A stretch of DNA of 64,000 nucleotides from the human T2T-CHM13v2.0 reference genome, Homo sapiens: NCBI RefSeq assembly GCF_009914755.1, contig NC_060940.1; one strand, written 5' to 3'. Shown one piece after another: positions 14,875 to 30,100 of the stretch; the first letter of the stretch is position 1, and every line of letters starts with the position of its first letter. The notes under the pieces are model-generated. The model saw only the letters and a program-made list of their open reading frames with translations. It did no database searches and was not told the DNA's origin. The position numbers and the translations under genes are program-made.

Positions 14875-15470
14875 GACAAGGTCAAAAGCTGGTGGGCCTC
14901 AGACCGAAGCTTGCCATAACCTCTTTTGTTTGGCCTTCTAGTCCCACTGAGTGATCTTTTATTTTTTAAATTTGAACTAGTGTCTAAAAATCCAAATTCC
15001 CACCTTTTCTTAAAAAATCAAAAGATGGCTGGACGCGGTGGCTCATACCTGTAATCCCAGCACTTTGGGAGGCCGAGTCGGGTGGATCACGAGGTCAGGA
15101 GATCGAGACCATCCTGACTAACATGGTGAAACCTCATCTCTACTAAAAATATAAAAAATTAGCCAGGCTTGGTGGTCCCAGCTGCTTGAGGCAGAAGAAT
15201 GGCATGAACCCAAGAGGCGGAGCTTGCAGTGAGCCGAGATCACGCCACTGCACTCCAGCCTGGGCAACAGAGCAAGACTCCGTCTCAAAAAAAAAAAAAA
15301 CATCAAAAGATCTGGCTAGTCCAGACTTGTATTTCAGACATGCAGTAATTCCTTTGAGCTAAAAGGCAGCTGCCGCCTGAGGCAGGAGGCACACGCTCCA
15401 GTTTGCCACCAACCCCACCTCTCCCGGTTGCCTTGAGAGCGCTTTACTCATGTGAAGCTACCTGTATGGG
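14875..15470 (+). mobile_element. MER102-like DNA transposon split by an Alu
   Basis: aaaaatccaaattccc...aaaatcaaaagat|ctggc...gcagctgcc...ctccagtttgccac. Confidence 0.55.
15027..15300 (+). mobile_element. AluY/Sc-like with internal deletions
   Basis: gagatcgagaccatcctg and ggcatgaacc diagnostics; TSD atcaaaagat. Confidence 0.9.
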
Positions 15471-16512
15471 CACTGGGTGAGTAGGTGAGCTTCTCACTCC
15501 TGGCCCAGCTCCCAGTCTGACCACAGAGAGTCCCACCTTTGAGGCCAGTGGAACTAGGCTCCTGTTAGAGGACTGACCAAAGGTCATTAGCATCTTCATC
15601 AAAACTCACATTATCAAGCACTTTCTGGATCAAATGCACAGCTGGACCACCATATGAAAATGTGGGAGGGGTCCTTGTGCTGGTGAATAACAACCCCTGG
15701 ATAACTGGGCAACCCAGGGAAGGGCCGCCAAAGGAGCAAGGGTTACAAAGCCAAATCTCCCAGACCTTGCCTTAGGCCTAAGCCTGCTTCCTTCTTCTCT
15801 TTTCCCCAAAATTGGGCTGGAATCACCTCTTTTCTCTGCCACTCTGCAGTTCCATCCTCCTACCCTCAGAGTACAGGGGCAGGGATTTCTTTAACAGTCT
15901 TCACACCCAGAACTGAGAACCAACCTCCCACCTGGCTGGCCAGTAGAGTCTTTTGAAGATGAGAAAAAAAAAAAAAAAAAAGAAAAAAAGAAAAAGCTGA
16001 ATGATGAGCAGTGGCCTCCAATTGGACATCCCCTCAAATGAAAATAAAGCCAGTCCAAATGTAAGCCAGTGGGAAAATGAGACATTATTTACAATTCATC
16101 ACATGGGTAGCTTTCCAGGAACGCATGCCCTGCCAAACGTGGGCTGCCTCTGGATCCCTATCAGGTTGGTTGGTTATCTTTCATCAACTAGTCATTCGAC
16201 AGTTTCCCTATCAATTGCTGTCTACTCAAGAATGTCCACAAGACCAGAGGAAGCGGATGCATGCATATGTGCACTCAACAGAAGTATCTAGGCTTGTCTA
16301 AGGGAAGAAAGGAATTGTTTCCTAACAAGATTTTAAGTAACTCCTGTTTCTGTAGATCCTGAGAGTGAGTCCTAGAAGCAGTATGTCTTAAACCCTAAGT
16401 GGTTGGGTCCCACAAGCTATTTCCCTCGTCATGATTGCACTCAGCAGTGGGTCCTCACAGAACTGAGTTCTAAATTGTGAGAGTCAATGAAAATAACAAA
16501 CTTACATTTCTC

Positions 16513-16813
<301 letters not shown>

Positions 16814-17116
16814 TTACCATCATCCTGGCATTGGACTTTATATAGATTAATTTGTGCATTCTCAAAGGGGGTAATATTACTTCTAAGCAAGAGAAAGTTG
16901 GTCATTAGGAGAGAGGGGTTTATCACATCAGATGTATTAGATATTACAATGGCTTGTGCCCTGCAAGGGGCCATAGCACATAAATAGATACACGGTATTC
17001 TATAGAATTAACGTTTTGTGATGGAGTGAGAGGGTGTCAAGTCGAATAAATGTCTGAAAATATTCTTGGGGGAAGGTGTTAATGGAAACACAAGAGGCTC
17101 AGAGAGCATTGATTCA

Positions 17117-17530
<414 letters not shown>

Positions 17531-20089
17531 TCAGCCGGGCCACTGGCTTGATTCTGCTTTGGTTTTGCACACCAGGGTCTCTTTCTTTGTTACTGAGGAC
17601 GGTTAGGAGAGAACTGGCTCATGTCCACCTGCTTGGTCAGGAAACAATTTTAGATTGGTGTGTTTGGGGTGGCCAGTTGAGTGAATGGCTGTAGGCTGTG
17701 TCCCAGGCACTACAGTCACATTTGCAACAATTCTCACATTGGCAGTCTGCTGCTCATGACGAAGAGACGTGTCTACACCTGAAAGCAAAACTTGGCCTGC
17801 AGGGTGACCACCTCATTCTGGTTTGCCCAGGAGTGTCCTGGAATCCCCTCAGTCCTGGGAGAACTATCTGGTTCTCATTTGGAACCAGGAGGCCCCAAAC
17901 CCATTCAAACTAAAGAATCTTCAATGGAAATTTAGTTTCCAATGAGAATCGTTCCAACTAGATATTCCCCAAAATGCTAGAATTTAAAATAGCAGCTTCT
18001 ACATCTGTCTCACCTGGCTAAGCACCCTAAGCTGCTGCTGGTCTAAGGCTTGTCTTCTGACACAGGGGCAAACACACAAGTAACGTTGTGCACTACAGGA
18101 TCCATGACCACATTCTCCTTTTGAAGCACCACTATTAGATCATTCGGTCACAGAAAGCATGGTTTGATTGGAATTAGAACTCACTGCCTCCTCTGGTGAG
18201 TTTGATGCTTGACAACGATGTGCCATTTTGTCACATCAAAGAGGTTCACCTGGTGACGTCTGCCATCTCTGCTCATGTTTGCTTTAACATCACACTTCTC
18301 CCTGGAAAGCACACTGTTGCCCTAACTGTGCTATCAGAAATCCAGTGCTGAATATAGATCTGAATGTCTATGTCTCAATACGTGATTCGCTTATAGGAAT
18401 AGCATTTTGTAAAAAATGAGCCTGACACTTTTTGATCAGGCAAAGGAAATGTTTAGGGATGGAGTCAAAGAAATGTTAAGAACAGCATAATTTTGTCACT
18501 GTCTTTTGGAGCATCCCCATCCTCATGGCCAGCTGAAAACCCCCCGTCACTCTCAGATCTGCGCTCTCCTTTCTCAAGGGGTTGGCCGTGCTTGAAGTCA
18601 CAGGAAAGCAAAACTTCAAAGCTGGCTTTCAAGGTCAAGAAACCAGGCGGCACTTGCTTTAATGAGAGAGCTGCAGTCAGGAGGAAGGGGCTACCTGGCC
18701 ACAAGGAAGCGATCACACTTGTTAATCAGCCTGTCAGGCTGGCGGCCGTGTCCTTCGGCAAAAGAAAATGACGGCCCAACTTGAGACTTTCAACCAGGAA
18801 CCTGGGATGTTTTTTTCCCCCTTTGGAGGAGCTGCTGCTAGTTCATCTGGCTCAGGGAGTGACAGGGTGATTATAATTTATTTTGTCACTCAGGAGAGTA
18901 TTGTGACGGGGGAAAAGACAGAAATGTACTGTGTGGAAGCCCCAATGCGTGTCTGTCATATAATTACCCTTTCTCTGCTGTCTGGAAACACAAGACAAGC
19001 CCGGATAGGAAGCTGCATGAGCTGGTGAAAACAAAGTGGTGGACATGGAGTCCACTGTGTGGGACTGCATAAGAGGAGAGGCACAGGCATCACCCACAGG
19101 CAATTGGAGCAGGTGCACTGAGGCCCACCTGCTGCATGTCAGCCCTGGGCATAGCATTGGTATGTGACCCAGGAATCCCATTCCAGCAAGGACCTCCAAG
19201 GCGCATTGAACAGGGAGCTCAGAGGCAGTCGTGGAAAATCTCCAGGCACGTTGCTCAGTTGTTCATTCTTCTTGGAAGACAAGGTACTGGTGGCTCTGGT
19301 CAGTGTGGAATGAGGCAACACTACAGTGAATGGCAAGAAGCCAATTCAACCCAAAGAACACTGATGAGGACCTACCGCGTGTCAGACACTGGGCTTACAA
19401 AATGAACACAACAGTCTATACCCTCCAAGAGCTCACATCTAGGACCATGTGGCCCATCACAAAAAGATAGACAGTTCTGAAATAAAGAGGTTCCATCAAC
19501 AGCAAAGTTTGGTGAGTGCTGCAGAGAGACACCCTCTCTTGGAGATTGATGCTGTAAGCGTGCTTAATAGAGGCACTGAAGAGTCCTCTGGGGAAACCTT
19601 GCTTTGCGGTGTTTGCCACGTATTTCCCAAATCTGTTTCTCGACTGAATCTATGGAGCCAGAGTTCCTCGGAACCAATTTAGAGAATGCTGGTTTAGGAG
19701 GTTTATCCAGCCTTTGCAGAACACAGAAGTAAGGAAACCATGATCCAGCCTCCAGGGGAAGGTACTGGCAAGAGCCAAGCATTGCACTCAGCAGATAGGT
19801 TGGGGTTCAAAGTAAAGCCTGGTCTTAGAGGCCGACTAGAGGACCACGTGGAGACATGGTGTAGACTACAGAATGTGTGTGTGCACGTGTGTGTGTGTTG
19901 TTGTGATATCCACAGTAGAAACCCAGATCTGCACACTAAGACCATGGGCAGGGTGGGAGAAGGGACCCGGTGAGAGAGAGGGCTGTCCTGCGACCCTTTG
20001 TCCCACATTTTTTGGACAACTTAATCCTAGTCTCCTGTATCTGAGGCCTTTGCCTGCACTGCCATAATTGGCTCAGAACCCAGGACAGA

Positions 20090-20310
20090 GTTGGATAATG
20101 CAAGGCTTCCTCTCTGAACACTAATGTACTAGGCACTGTACCAAGTTCTGAAAATAGGTCATCCCATGAAATCCTCACAACAACCAAAGGGGAATGTTGA
20201 AAACAGGGAAACCGAGGCTCAGAGAGAGATGAATAATGTGGCCACGGTCACGCAGCTTGAAAAGACTTGAACCCAGATATGTCACCTCAGAGTCGTTGTC
20301 TTCAATGCTG
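20090..20310 (-). mobile_element. MIR
   Basis: aatcctcacaacaacc...ggaaaccgaggctcagagag...ggtcacgcagct. Confidence 0.6.
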
Positions 20311-20924
20311 CAAACCTATTTACATAACTCAGGCACAATGCGGTTCCCTCAGAGGCGCGATTTCCTCCAGAGTAAATCCAGTGATGCATTCGTGTCTGGG
20401 TGAAGACAAACACGGGGCTTAAGACCGAGTTCACCTGTTCCCTAACAATCCATTAAAATAAAAACCATTTTCTGTGTATGCTTGGGAATATTCCAGGATA
20501 ATTTTGTGTTACATCATGTTATCCAACCTGTAAACAAAAAGATATCCTCAGTGAATTTCCTGATGAAAACTAAAGACTCATCAACCTGAAAGGTCTTTTT
20601 TTTTTTTTCTTCCTCTAATCATTTTAATGCATATGTCAGTTGCAAGCCATGATGACTTCATTTTTATACCTTCCATGACTTCAATTAAAGGCAGATTAAA
20701 TAGGGCACAAGTCCAATCAATCGAGCATTCATTAGACATTAACTAAGTGCAAGGCCCTGGGTCAAGTGTACTTAACTGGAGACTGGTGTGGAATTGATGG
20801 GGTTAAGGCCTCCTCCTATGTCTTTGGCCACATGGAGCTCCCTTTAGCATGTCCCTGGGTAAGATCGCAGGCCTGAAATCTGCCTCTGATTTCTGATGGG
20901 GATATCCTCAAGTTTGCCTAGATC

Positions 20925-21108
20925 AGGAAGTTTAATATGTGTCACATTTCACATCAGTTTCCATAGACTGTGAGTGGCTGCCTAGACCACTGTTGGATAA
21001 CACTAATTCTGTAGCATGTCAATGGGAGACAGAGTCATGCTGTTCCTGCTGTCTTCCAGAGACAGGGGGGCTGCATGGGCCAAGAATGTTCTTTTCTGAA
21101 GCTGAACC
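20925..21108 (+). repeat. ~185-bp direct repeat, copy 1 (copy 2 at 21956-22140)
   Basis: About 80% identity with one 1-bp gap. Confidence 0.9.
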
Positions 21109-21679
21109 TTGAAGCTTGCCCTGAGACCATCTCACAGGGCAAAGAAGCTAGGTGGATAGGAAGTGCACCTTGAAGCATGTGGCCGGATGGCACCATTGGT
21201 GAAAATAGCTGAGACTGCCTAACAAATCAATCCAACCTTGAGGGTGGCCAGATCTTCGTTGTTTATCTGATCAATCAGGCCTAATGACTGATACTCTGAT
21301 TCCAGTGGTGGGGGAAAAAAAACTGGCTTTGATGATTAGAGAAGCATTGCTATGGAAGGAAAAGGAATTCTGGGTGGTGGTAAAACCAGATGAATTCTAT
21401 CTTTCCTTTAGGCTTCAGTGTTTTCTTTGTATGACTATTCCTGCTGCTTTGTTGAATAGACATCTGCGGCTTTGATCTCTTCTGGTTAGGTCACACTTTG
21501 TGAGTCCAGACAGATTCAAAATCAGAAGATGGGCCTTATATTTGTAGAAGACTATATTGGGATAAAAAGTTATGGTTAGGCAGGATGCCCTAATCCAAAT
21601 GTGATAGCAATACAATTGCTATTGTCAATCATCAAAACCAGCAGGCATGTTTTTGTTGGTGCTTATAATTATGCTCTTT

Positions 21680-22400
21680 GTAAATTAAATTTTAATTGCC
21701 AAAGCAATACATTCACCTTGTAAAAATAAACAAAATGTTATAGATGAGGCCAACATCTTTCCCGATGACCATGCCAAATCCCAATCCCCTCTCTTCTTCT
21801 CCAGATTTAACCACCATTACCAGGGAGAAGTTCTCCTTATAGAGTTGTTCTATGCACTTATAAACTGTACCTGTAAAACATGTGAATAAAGTATTGTGGC
21901 ATGTTCTGTGTGTAAGCATGTTCACAAAAATGGTATCACTATCCCCCTGTGGGTAAGGAAAGTTAAAACGTGCCACATTTCACATCAGTTTCTGTATACT
22001 TCAAGTTGCTACCTAGACCACTGTTTGAGAACGCTGATTCCATGACAAGGTCAATGGGAAACAGAACCATGTTGTTCCTGCTGCCATCCAAAGGCAAGGG
22101 GGCTGCATGGGCCAGGAATGTTCTCTTCTGGTGCTGAACCCCAAACATTCCTCAACCTAACATTTTTACTAATTAATATATCTTGAAGAGTTTCCCACAT
22201 TAGAACCCATTAGATCTACAGTCTTTTTAAGCTGCTGCAAAATATCTCAGTGTGAGAATACTATCATTTTGGCAATTCCCCTGTTGATGAACAGCTAGGC
22301 TGTTTCCAAATTTTTCACCTTGACAGATAATTCAGCTAGAAATTTATTTGCACAGATCCCTTGCGGACACGTGCAGTTGTTTCTGAAAGTAGATGCCAAG
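21680..22400 (-). mobile_element. Ancient L1M (L1ME-like) fragment interrupted by the duplicated segment
   Basis: aaaaatggtatcacta...aatatatcttg...cccctgttgatgaacagctaggctgtttcca antisense L1M pattern. Confidence 0.6.
21956..22140 (+). repeat. ~185-bp direct repeat, copy 2
   Basis: See 20925-21108. Confidence 0.9.
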
Positions 22401-22990
22401 GAGGCGAAGGCATTGTTTTTACTCTTTGCTGCCCAATGGTCCTTGACAATGGATATACCAGTTTCCCTTTATATCAGCTGCATGGGAGGGAGACCCATTT
22501 TCTGACACCCTTATCAATCATTGACATAATCCAACACTCCACATGCTTGTTATAGAATCAGGTCCTATTTGTATGACTCTTGCTTGTTTGTGAGTGAACC
22601 CAACCATGTTACCCTCATTTTATATTGGAAGTCCCTAAAATAACACGGCTGCTACATAGTAGGTACACATTAGTGTTTGCTCTCATTCCCTTTAACTGGA
22701 ATGCCTTTTTGCTCTGAGGTCCCTTTGACTTGTTCCTGCCTACTCTCTTCTTACGGGTCCTCATCAGACACCTTTGTGCAAACCCCAGACTAGATAAGGT
22801 TGTTCATCTCTGTATTCATAATGCCCTCTCTCAGTGTGCCTGATAAGTCTTATTGTTTGTTATATATTTATCTCTTCTACTGATTTCTGAGCTCCTGCAC
22901 ACCCAGGAGCATGCCTCTTTGTACTCCTGTTTCCCCAACACGCAGCCCAGGCACATGGAGTTGGCATTGAATCAGAGCTTTAAAAATGAA

Positions 22991-23277
22991 GGCCATGGCT
23001 AGATGGAATCTTGTAATCCCAGCACCCTTGGAGGCCGAGGCAGGTGGATCAGCTGAGGTCAGGAGTTCAAGACAAGCCTGGCTAAAATGGTTAAACCCCA
23101 TTTATACCAAAAATACAAATATTAACTGGGCGTGATGACACACAACTGTAATCCCAGCTACTTAGGAGGCTGAGGCAGGAGAATCACTTGAACCTGGGAG
23201 GCGGAGGTTGCAGTAAGCCAAGATCACGCCGCTGCACTCCGGCTTGGGTGACAGAGCGAGACTCTGTCTAAAAAAAT
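22991..23277 (+). mobile_element. AluS
   Basis: Alu body; TSD aaaaatgaa. Confidence 0.9.
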
Positions 23278-23604
23278 GAATGTCCCTGTCACAAAGCCAC
23301 ATCCACAGTGGAATGAAAGCCCCTGAAAATAAACAGTGTATCACCAGAGGGAAAAATTAAGCAGTCACTCTGCTGAACAGCAAAGATGTTTTCTTCTTTA
23401 TTTCAGGTCTTTTCATGGAATGAAACAGAGAGGGAAAGGAGGAAGAAAAGCTGAAACATAGCAAAGCTTGGGAAATACTTTTCTTTTTTAATTTGGAAAG
23501 TGATGGGCACACTGCTGCACTGCTATTGCCCAGGTGGGGAAGGGGCTCTGGCCGTTGTTGACCCATTGATAACCATTCCGTGCCTTTCTGTCTTGCCCCG
23601 GTAG

Positions 23605-23783
23605 GCACCACAGTGATGCGGATGACAGCCTTTGATGCAGATGACCCAGCCACCGATAATGCCCTCCTGCGGTATAATATCCGTCAGCAGACGCCTGACA
23701 AGCCATCTCCCAACATGTTCTACATCGATCCTGAGAAAGGAGACATTGTCACTGTTGTGTCACCTGCGCTGCTGGACCGAGAG
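23605..23783 (+). CDS. CDH13: CDH13 internal coding exon (179 nt, probably exon 7; part of cadherin repeat EC2)
   Basis: Acceptor ...ctttctgtcttgccccggtAG|GC and donor GAG|GTgagc. Encodes (G)[59 protein letters not shown] with the cadherin Ca2+ motifs AxDxD and LDRE, and matches T-cadherin as recalled. Phase 1 in, phase 0 out. Confidence 0.96.
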
Positions 23784-24329
23784 GTGAGCTGAAAAGAATA
23801 CACTTTCTTTTTCACGAGAATAGAATGTGGCTTTCATGCAAGGGATGATGTGGGGCTCCAGTCAGTGGTTTTTTTTAATACTGTAAAGGCAGAAATGAGG
23901 TGTTTACCATGTTTTGGTGGGGAAAATCTATAAAGGGAAATGGGATATTATGTGACCCAAGAAAACACGTGCTCTAAAAGGCTAAAGCGCCTGGAACTGT
24001 TTGTATTCACTCAACCTGATGCCTATTTCCTCAACAGCCACTTATTCTCTAGGCCCTGGTGATTCTAGACTCTGCCTCTGGCCCCTGCTTTAATGCTAGA
24101 AGGGAGAGGGAAGGACAAGGGAAGGAGGGGAAGGGAGGAGAGGTGGCTTCATCCAAGATCACACAGGCTGTCCTTGTTGCAGAGTCAAATGCCCATGACT
24201 CCTTTCTCCAACCCTTTGCTGCAGGCATCCTGCATTCCCCCTTGAACCCCTCTCTTCCTCCATCTCTGTTCTCATCCCTTTAGGCTTTCTCCGTGAAATC
24301 TCCCCCGTCTCCTGGGTCACATGTCACAA

Positions 24330-24660
24330 ACAGGTGACCCCTGGCCCAGTCAGTCCACATGCCTGCTCTTTCGTTTTGCCTGCAGTGTTTTACAGCTTTT
24401 AGAATTAGTTGTCATATCAAAATATTTAGATTTCACGTTTCTGTTTTAAAAATGCCAATTTCCAGTTTTTCTGGACATCAGAAATCCTGGAGACATCAGG
24501 TCCACTTTCCACATGTGCACTATCGGTGGTGTGAGGCGTGATGCTCCAGTGGATCCAGGGTCTGCTGTCCCCTTTAGATGGGACATGTGCTCCCACCTCG
24601 ATTACGTTTCCACGTGCATGGGCCCCTCTGGTCCTGCCCTTTCCTGAGTTTGAGGTCCAC
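24330..24660 (+). mobile_element. MER102-like DNA transposon
   Basis: aatttccagtttttct...gctgtcccctttagatgggacatgtgctcc. Confidence 0.5.
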
Positions 24661-25175
24661 CCTGTAGCTTACCATAAGCTACTTTAAGTAGAAGACCCTC
24701 GCGGACCTCCAAACACAGCATCCTTAAACCAACTCGTGGATTCCTACCCATCCTTCACTCTCCATCCACCCTAAACCTGCTACCATTCTGGAATTCCCTG
24801 CTCCTGACATCATCCCACAGGCGTGGGGCCTTGGAGTTGTCCTTGACCTGTAAGAACCATCAGCTCCACGTAACTGCTGGGCTTCCCTCGGGGGCTCTGT
24901 GCATTTCCCCCTCAGTGTTTTTGATGAAATAAATCCATGGTTCGGAGTGTTGTTTCCTCTGCCTTCTCCTCTCTTATGTGCTATAGTTTCTCAAGAGATT
25001 CTGGATTACATCAACCCCTTCTAAGAAGCTGTCCTCATCCACCTGATTCTTCCACAGTCTTGTTCTTCCTCCCATCTCTGACTACTCTTGCCTGTAGCCA
25101 TCATATAGCAGTTGGCATGTGCTAATTAGGTTGTCATTTGTCTCTGAAGAAGATTCTCTTTCTCTTGGTCTAGAC

Positions 25176-25385
25176 CTGAATTGTCCAGTAGAGTAACCAC
25201 TAGTCACATGGGGTTATTGCAATTTTAAAGTATATTAATTGAAATCAAGATGTAAAAATCAGCTTCACAGTCACAGACACATCTCAAGTGCTCAGCAGTC
25301 ATATGTGGTTGGTGGCTATTGTACCGGACAGTGCAGACCTAGAACACTTCCATCACCCCAGAAGGTTCTACTGGGCAACAATGGC
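25176..25385 (-). mobile_element. MER3 (hAT-Charlie)
   Basis: Internal inverted repeats ccactagtcacatg / atatgtggttggtggcta; agaacacttccatcac. Confidence 0.75.
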
Positions 25386-25653
25386 CTAGACTGTATGTTT
25401 CCTGACAACAGAGACTGTGGTCATATGCATGTTTATATTTCTACTGCCTAGCATGGTTGAAGTACTTCTAAAAATCCTAATTATATGTTTGTTGGCATAG
25501 AGGGAAAAAAAGGAAAAAGAGTTGGAAATAAAACTAAGATCTTACATAAGCTGTGAGAAACAGAAGCTAGAAATAGGTAATTATTGAAAGGGAGAGACAG
25601 AGAAATTTGCATTGAAACTCTGATTGTCCTTTGGAAAATGTAATCGTTTCTAG

Positions 25654-26049
<396 letters not shown>

Positions 26050-27133
26050 AATGCTCCCTATTTTTATGACTGACGTATTTTCTTCTTTTGGAGGCCAGTG
26101 ATGACTTCCCAAGGCTCTCTATTCCCCACTTGACACGTGTGTGCAGGTGCACACACACATGCCAGCTTTTCTATAGTCCTTAATGCTCCCAAAGCTTCTC
26201 ACAAGATCCTTTCACAAGAAAAAGATGAAGCATGGTGATTTCTCCGTTTCAGCTTCTCTTTGTTCTGAGAGAAAATATTTTATAAGTCTCTATTTATAAA
26301 TCAAAGTGATAATGTAGTAAATTATCCCATTTTTAAAGTTTATTTTAGGGGACAAATGTGTTTCCAGCTCATGATCTTTTCATTTGGGCTTTCATTAAGT
26401 TGTAATAAGTATGTAATTATGGAAGTTGAATTAAGCATTTCTAGTCACAAAACATCAACAGCCCCCCAAAAAAGATCAACTCAATTTAACCGAAATTGGA
26501 AAATCAATGAAAATGAATAAAGAGTGTCACTCTTCTGTGAGGGTTTCCAGAGTTCATTGCTGATCCAGGCAACATCAGTGCAATCCAAAGGAAAGAAATG
26601 TCCCTAAATTTAGGCAAGCTTTGGCTAGTTCCTTGTGCTGTGATAAGCTTCACTTCAGCATGTTTGCTGAGGAGGTGGAACGTGATTCCAAGTTCTTGTC
26701 TTTGAGGGTAAAAAACTTGCACATCAGATGTCCAGTGGAGTTCCCCAGAGTTTGCAATGTTTTCCTCCCATTGAGACTTGGCACTTTTTGTAGGATTCAC
26801 ATGGATGCGATACTTTCTTCAGCAGGTTTGTGAGATTTTATTATTAATATTATTTCTGAAGACCTTCTGAGAAGGCCTGTCTTAGGTGTGGTTTTAAAGT
26901 CTACTTCTCAGCCAGATGGGCAGAAAAAACATTTAATACAGACTTTTGCAGCATTCATTTAAGAAAGTATCCCATTTGGGACCCTGTGGACTTTGAGATG
27001 ATTCAAGTTGATTTTAAGGTTTGTTACCTTGTCTCCTGTCTTCATTCGCAGTATCTCAAATTGCGTGTTGGAACAATGAATATAGTGATTCCAGTTCTGT
27101 CACAAACTCCTTCAAGAGCAGGAGCTGCAGAAA

Positions 27134-27134
<1 letters not shown>

Positions 27135-27176
<42 letters not shown>
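27135..27176. repeat. (CA)21 microsatellite
   Basis: Perfect CA run of 42 bp. Confidence 0.97.
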
Positions 27177-27177
<1 letters not shown>

Positions 27178-30100
27178 CTCACCAGCACCTCTGGCTCTCA
27201 CCTGAATGAGGGACAAAGCAAACGTGTGTTTCCTGGCTTGTTGGGAGTGGATACTCTGGAATCCCATTGGGTGACACGAGCTAAGTTGACACAATAACAA
27301 TTTTTCATCTTTATTTTCCATTTAGTCAATTTCCTTTCTTAAGTGCATCTACCAAGGAGGACCCCAGCAGGAAGTGTTTAACCAAGGGAGAGGCAGATGA
27401 TGCAAGATGAGTGGGGAGGTGGCAGGCACTGGGAATTTTCTGTGAATCTGCCTACCTAATCATCTTCCCTGCCTTTTATAGATTCACTTTGTAACAAGGC
27501 TTGTAACTGAGGATAGTCACACAGGGCAGTGTAGAAATGATCCTTACTATGTTGTCACTTTGGTTGTTATCCTTTCTTCTTCGCACCCTCCTCCCTTCCC
27601 AGGATGTCTCACATGGAGCCATCTGAGGCAGGTGCACTCATCTAATCTGCTCCTCTCCTGCTCCAAGGATTGGCAGCCACTATTCTTGAAAGAGTCTATG
27701 GCCTATCTGCCTGCACTCACCATAGTCAATGCTCAAACATGCAATTTGTGGGATGATGTTTGGCTTGCCCATGACCTATTGCCAGTACCTAGCACATGAG
27801 AGATGCTCAAAGAAATATCTGTTGAGAGTTGAAAGGCGGGAAGGAAGTGAGGAAGACAGCGTGATTCACACTGGCTTGAAAGCAGGTGAACTGGCCATTT
27901 CTTCCCCTTCCATATCTTAAGCTCCGCATTAATAGATATCAAGTTTCCCCAAGACATGTGCGTTTTCCATTACACGCTCATCCATTTACTTGTTCGGAAA
28001 ACCCTACCAGAACATACGCTTCTGGAAGAAAGGGACCTTGGATTTCTGTTCTCTCTCTCTATTCCCATTGCCAAATATAGCACCAGATAAATAATAGGCA
28101 CTGGATAAAGATCTGTTAGGTTATCAGGGTGGATGAGTGGATGACCTGTGTTCCTTAAGTTTGTATTATCTCAGAACATTCTGCAGGATCCACATTCTGG
28201 CATGGATATATAAACAGAGGAAGTTACTTTATTATAGGTGAAAGCTTAGTCTTACCCTTGTGCAATCATCTGGTAATCTAATTTATTCACTTTATGTTTA
28301 CCTTCTGCAGGAACTGCTTTAAGAAATAGTGTCTTGGTCCACTGGGTGAATAGGATGGACAGGAGTATCTGTGCCTCTTGCTTAAGTGTTTGGGGAGATG
28401 TTTGCGGAAAATAAGAGCCATATATTCCAGTAAATGAAATTAGGTTCATTTGGGGCACTTTTTTATTATTTTCTATAGCCATACTTAGCCCCCCATTTCT
28501 GGCATCTCTGTCTATGTTTTTAAACTATGTCTGGCTGCACTACAAAATAAAATCAGATAAAGGTCTCTAACGTTTGATAAATGTTTTATTTAGTTGATCA
28601 TCTTGGCTGCTAGACTGAAATTCATCTGCTGGAATCTGCCAGCTTTCTGAACACAGCCACAATTTGCAACTACTCAGAGTAACTAATGGTCAGGGTTTTT
28701 TTTTTTTTTCTTTTTTAATGGAAATAGTTTCCAAAATAGACTCATAAAAAAGCAATCTTAACATTTGCATTGAGAAAGTATCATTAGTCTTTTTAAGGGG
28801 TTTGAGCTGAGCACTTTTCTGTCTTTGTTTGAATTTGCCTTTACCTTATTATCTATTATCTTCCAGATAATCTAGGGAAAGTGATAGCCTGCCCGTGAAA
28901 ATGTACATACAATACAAGATATTAGGGCTGTGAATGTAATTTGTTTTGTATTTTCAGCTGGTAACGCACTTTCTGAAACTTTATAATGCCCAAATTTTTA
29001 GGCCAGATGTAAAAATGGAGAGAATTTCTTTCTTTCTTTCCATGGTAAGTGTTACATAAGGACTTAGTCTTAGATTTATGTGCATTTACTTGCTATGAGA
29101 TATTCAAGAGTCCTTGAATATGTCAGAGAAGAAAACTGAAGAATGTTAGGGAGAACATCCTATGCCATCTAGCCAACGAATTTGGATGTGTAGCTGCAAG
29201 CCCAAAGAGAACTATGTATTTGGTCAAAATGACCCATGTTAAAATATTGTCACGTAGCATGCATCTCCAGAAACATACTAAAGACATCTGTGAAAATGAT
29301 GATATCAAATCAAGCTGCCAGAAAAGAACAATGGTAAAAAAAAGGATAGCATTTCCTCCAGTGCCTTCAATGAAAGATAGAGGTAGTAGTCATACTCTTA
29401 GGAAAATAAATGTTTTTAGGCCTTTCTGATTTAATGCTAATACTTTTCTCATTATCATCATGTTTAAAACATTGGCAGTAATTACACACAATTCAATCAT
29501 GCTGTCAGGAATATTATCTTGCTTTGTTTTGGTGGGTGGGACCAGAATGATTCAGATAGTAGCATCCTCACAATTTCTTCGAGCTATTTACTCATAAATA
29601 TTTCTGTTGGGGTAATTTTCCCCATTTTTTTTATCACTTGCTGCTGTGAAAATTGAGATGGAAAAAGTAGATGTAAATAAATTGCCTTATTATTTTTAAA
29701 ATAATGCATTATCCTTTCAAATGAAACACAGCTAACCACCCTATGCTAATTGCACTTGCTCCGTTGTTTCAGCAAATAAAGTAGAATAGGACATTCAAAA
29801 GGCAGAATGCTAAGTCCTGGGGTCTGAAATTTAGTTCCATGAGTGCAGGCCTCCTGCTGATGGCAATGGGGATTGGTGGGAGGGTTAGAGATGGGGAAGG
29901 CCAGGGTCTTTATCTTGTGGCCTCATTTGCTCCTCCACTCTGGATAAATTCTAGAAGAAGACCTTGATGAGTCTCAGGACTCCACTGGTAACCGTAACCA
30001 CTTCCCCCATCCCTCTAAGTGTGACCTATCAATCCATTAAAGCTAAGACCGTGGCTAGTCTCTTAGTATGACCGCAATTTAGTTGAAACCTGGCTTCAGA

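Noticed and set aside
23580-23792. 70-aa ORF as a standalone gene
   Set aside because: Only 23605-23783 is coding (spliced CDH13 exon); the ends are intronic.
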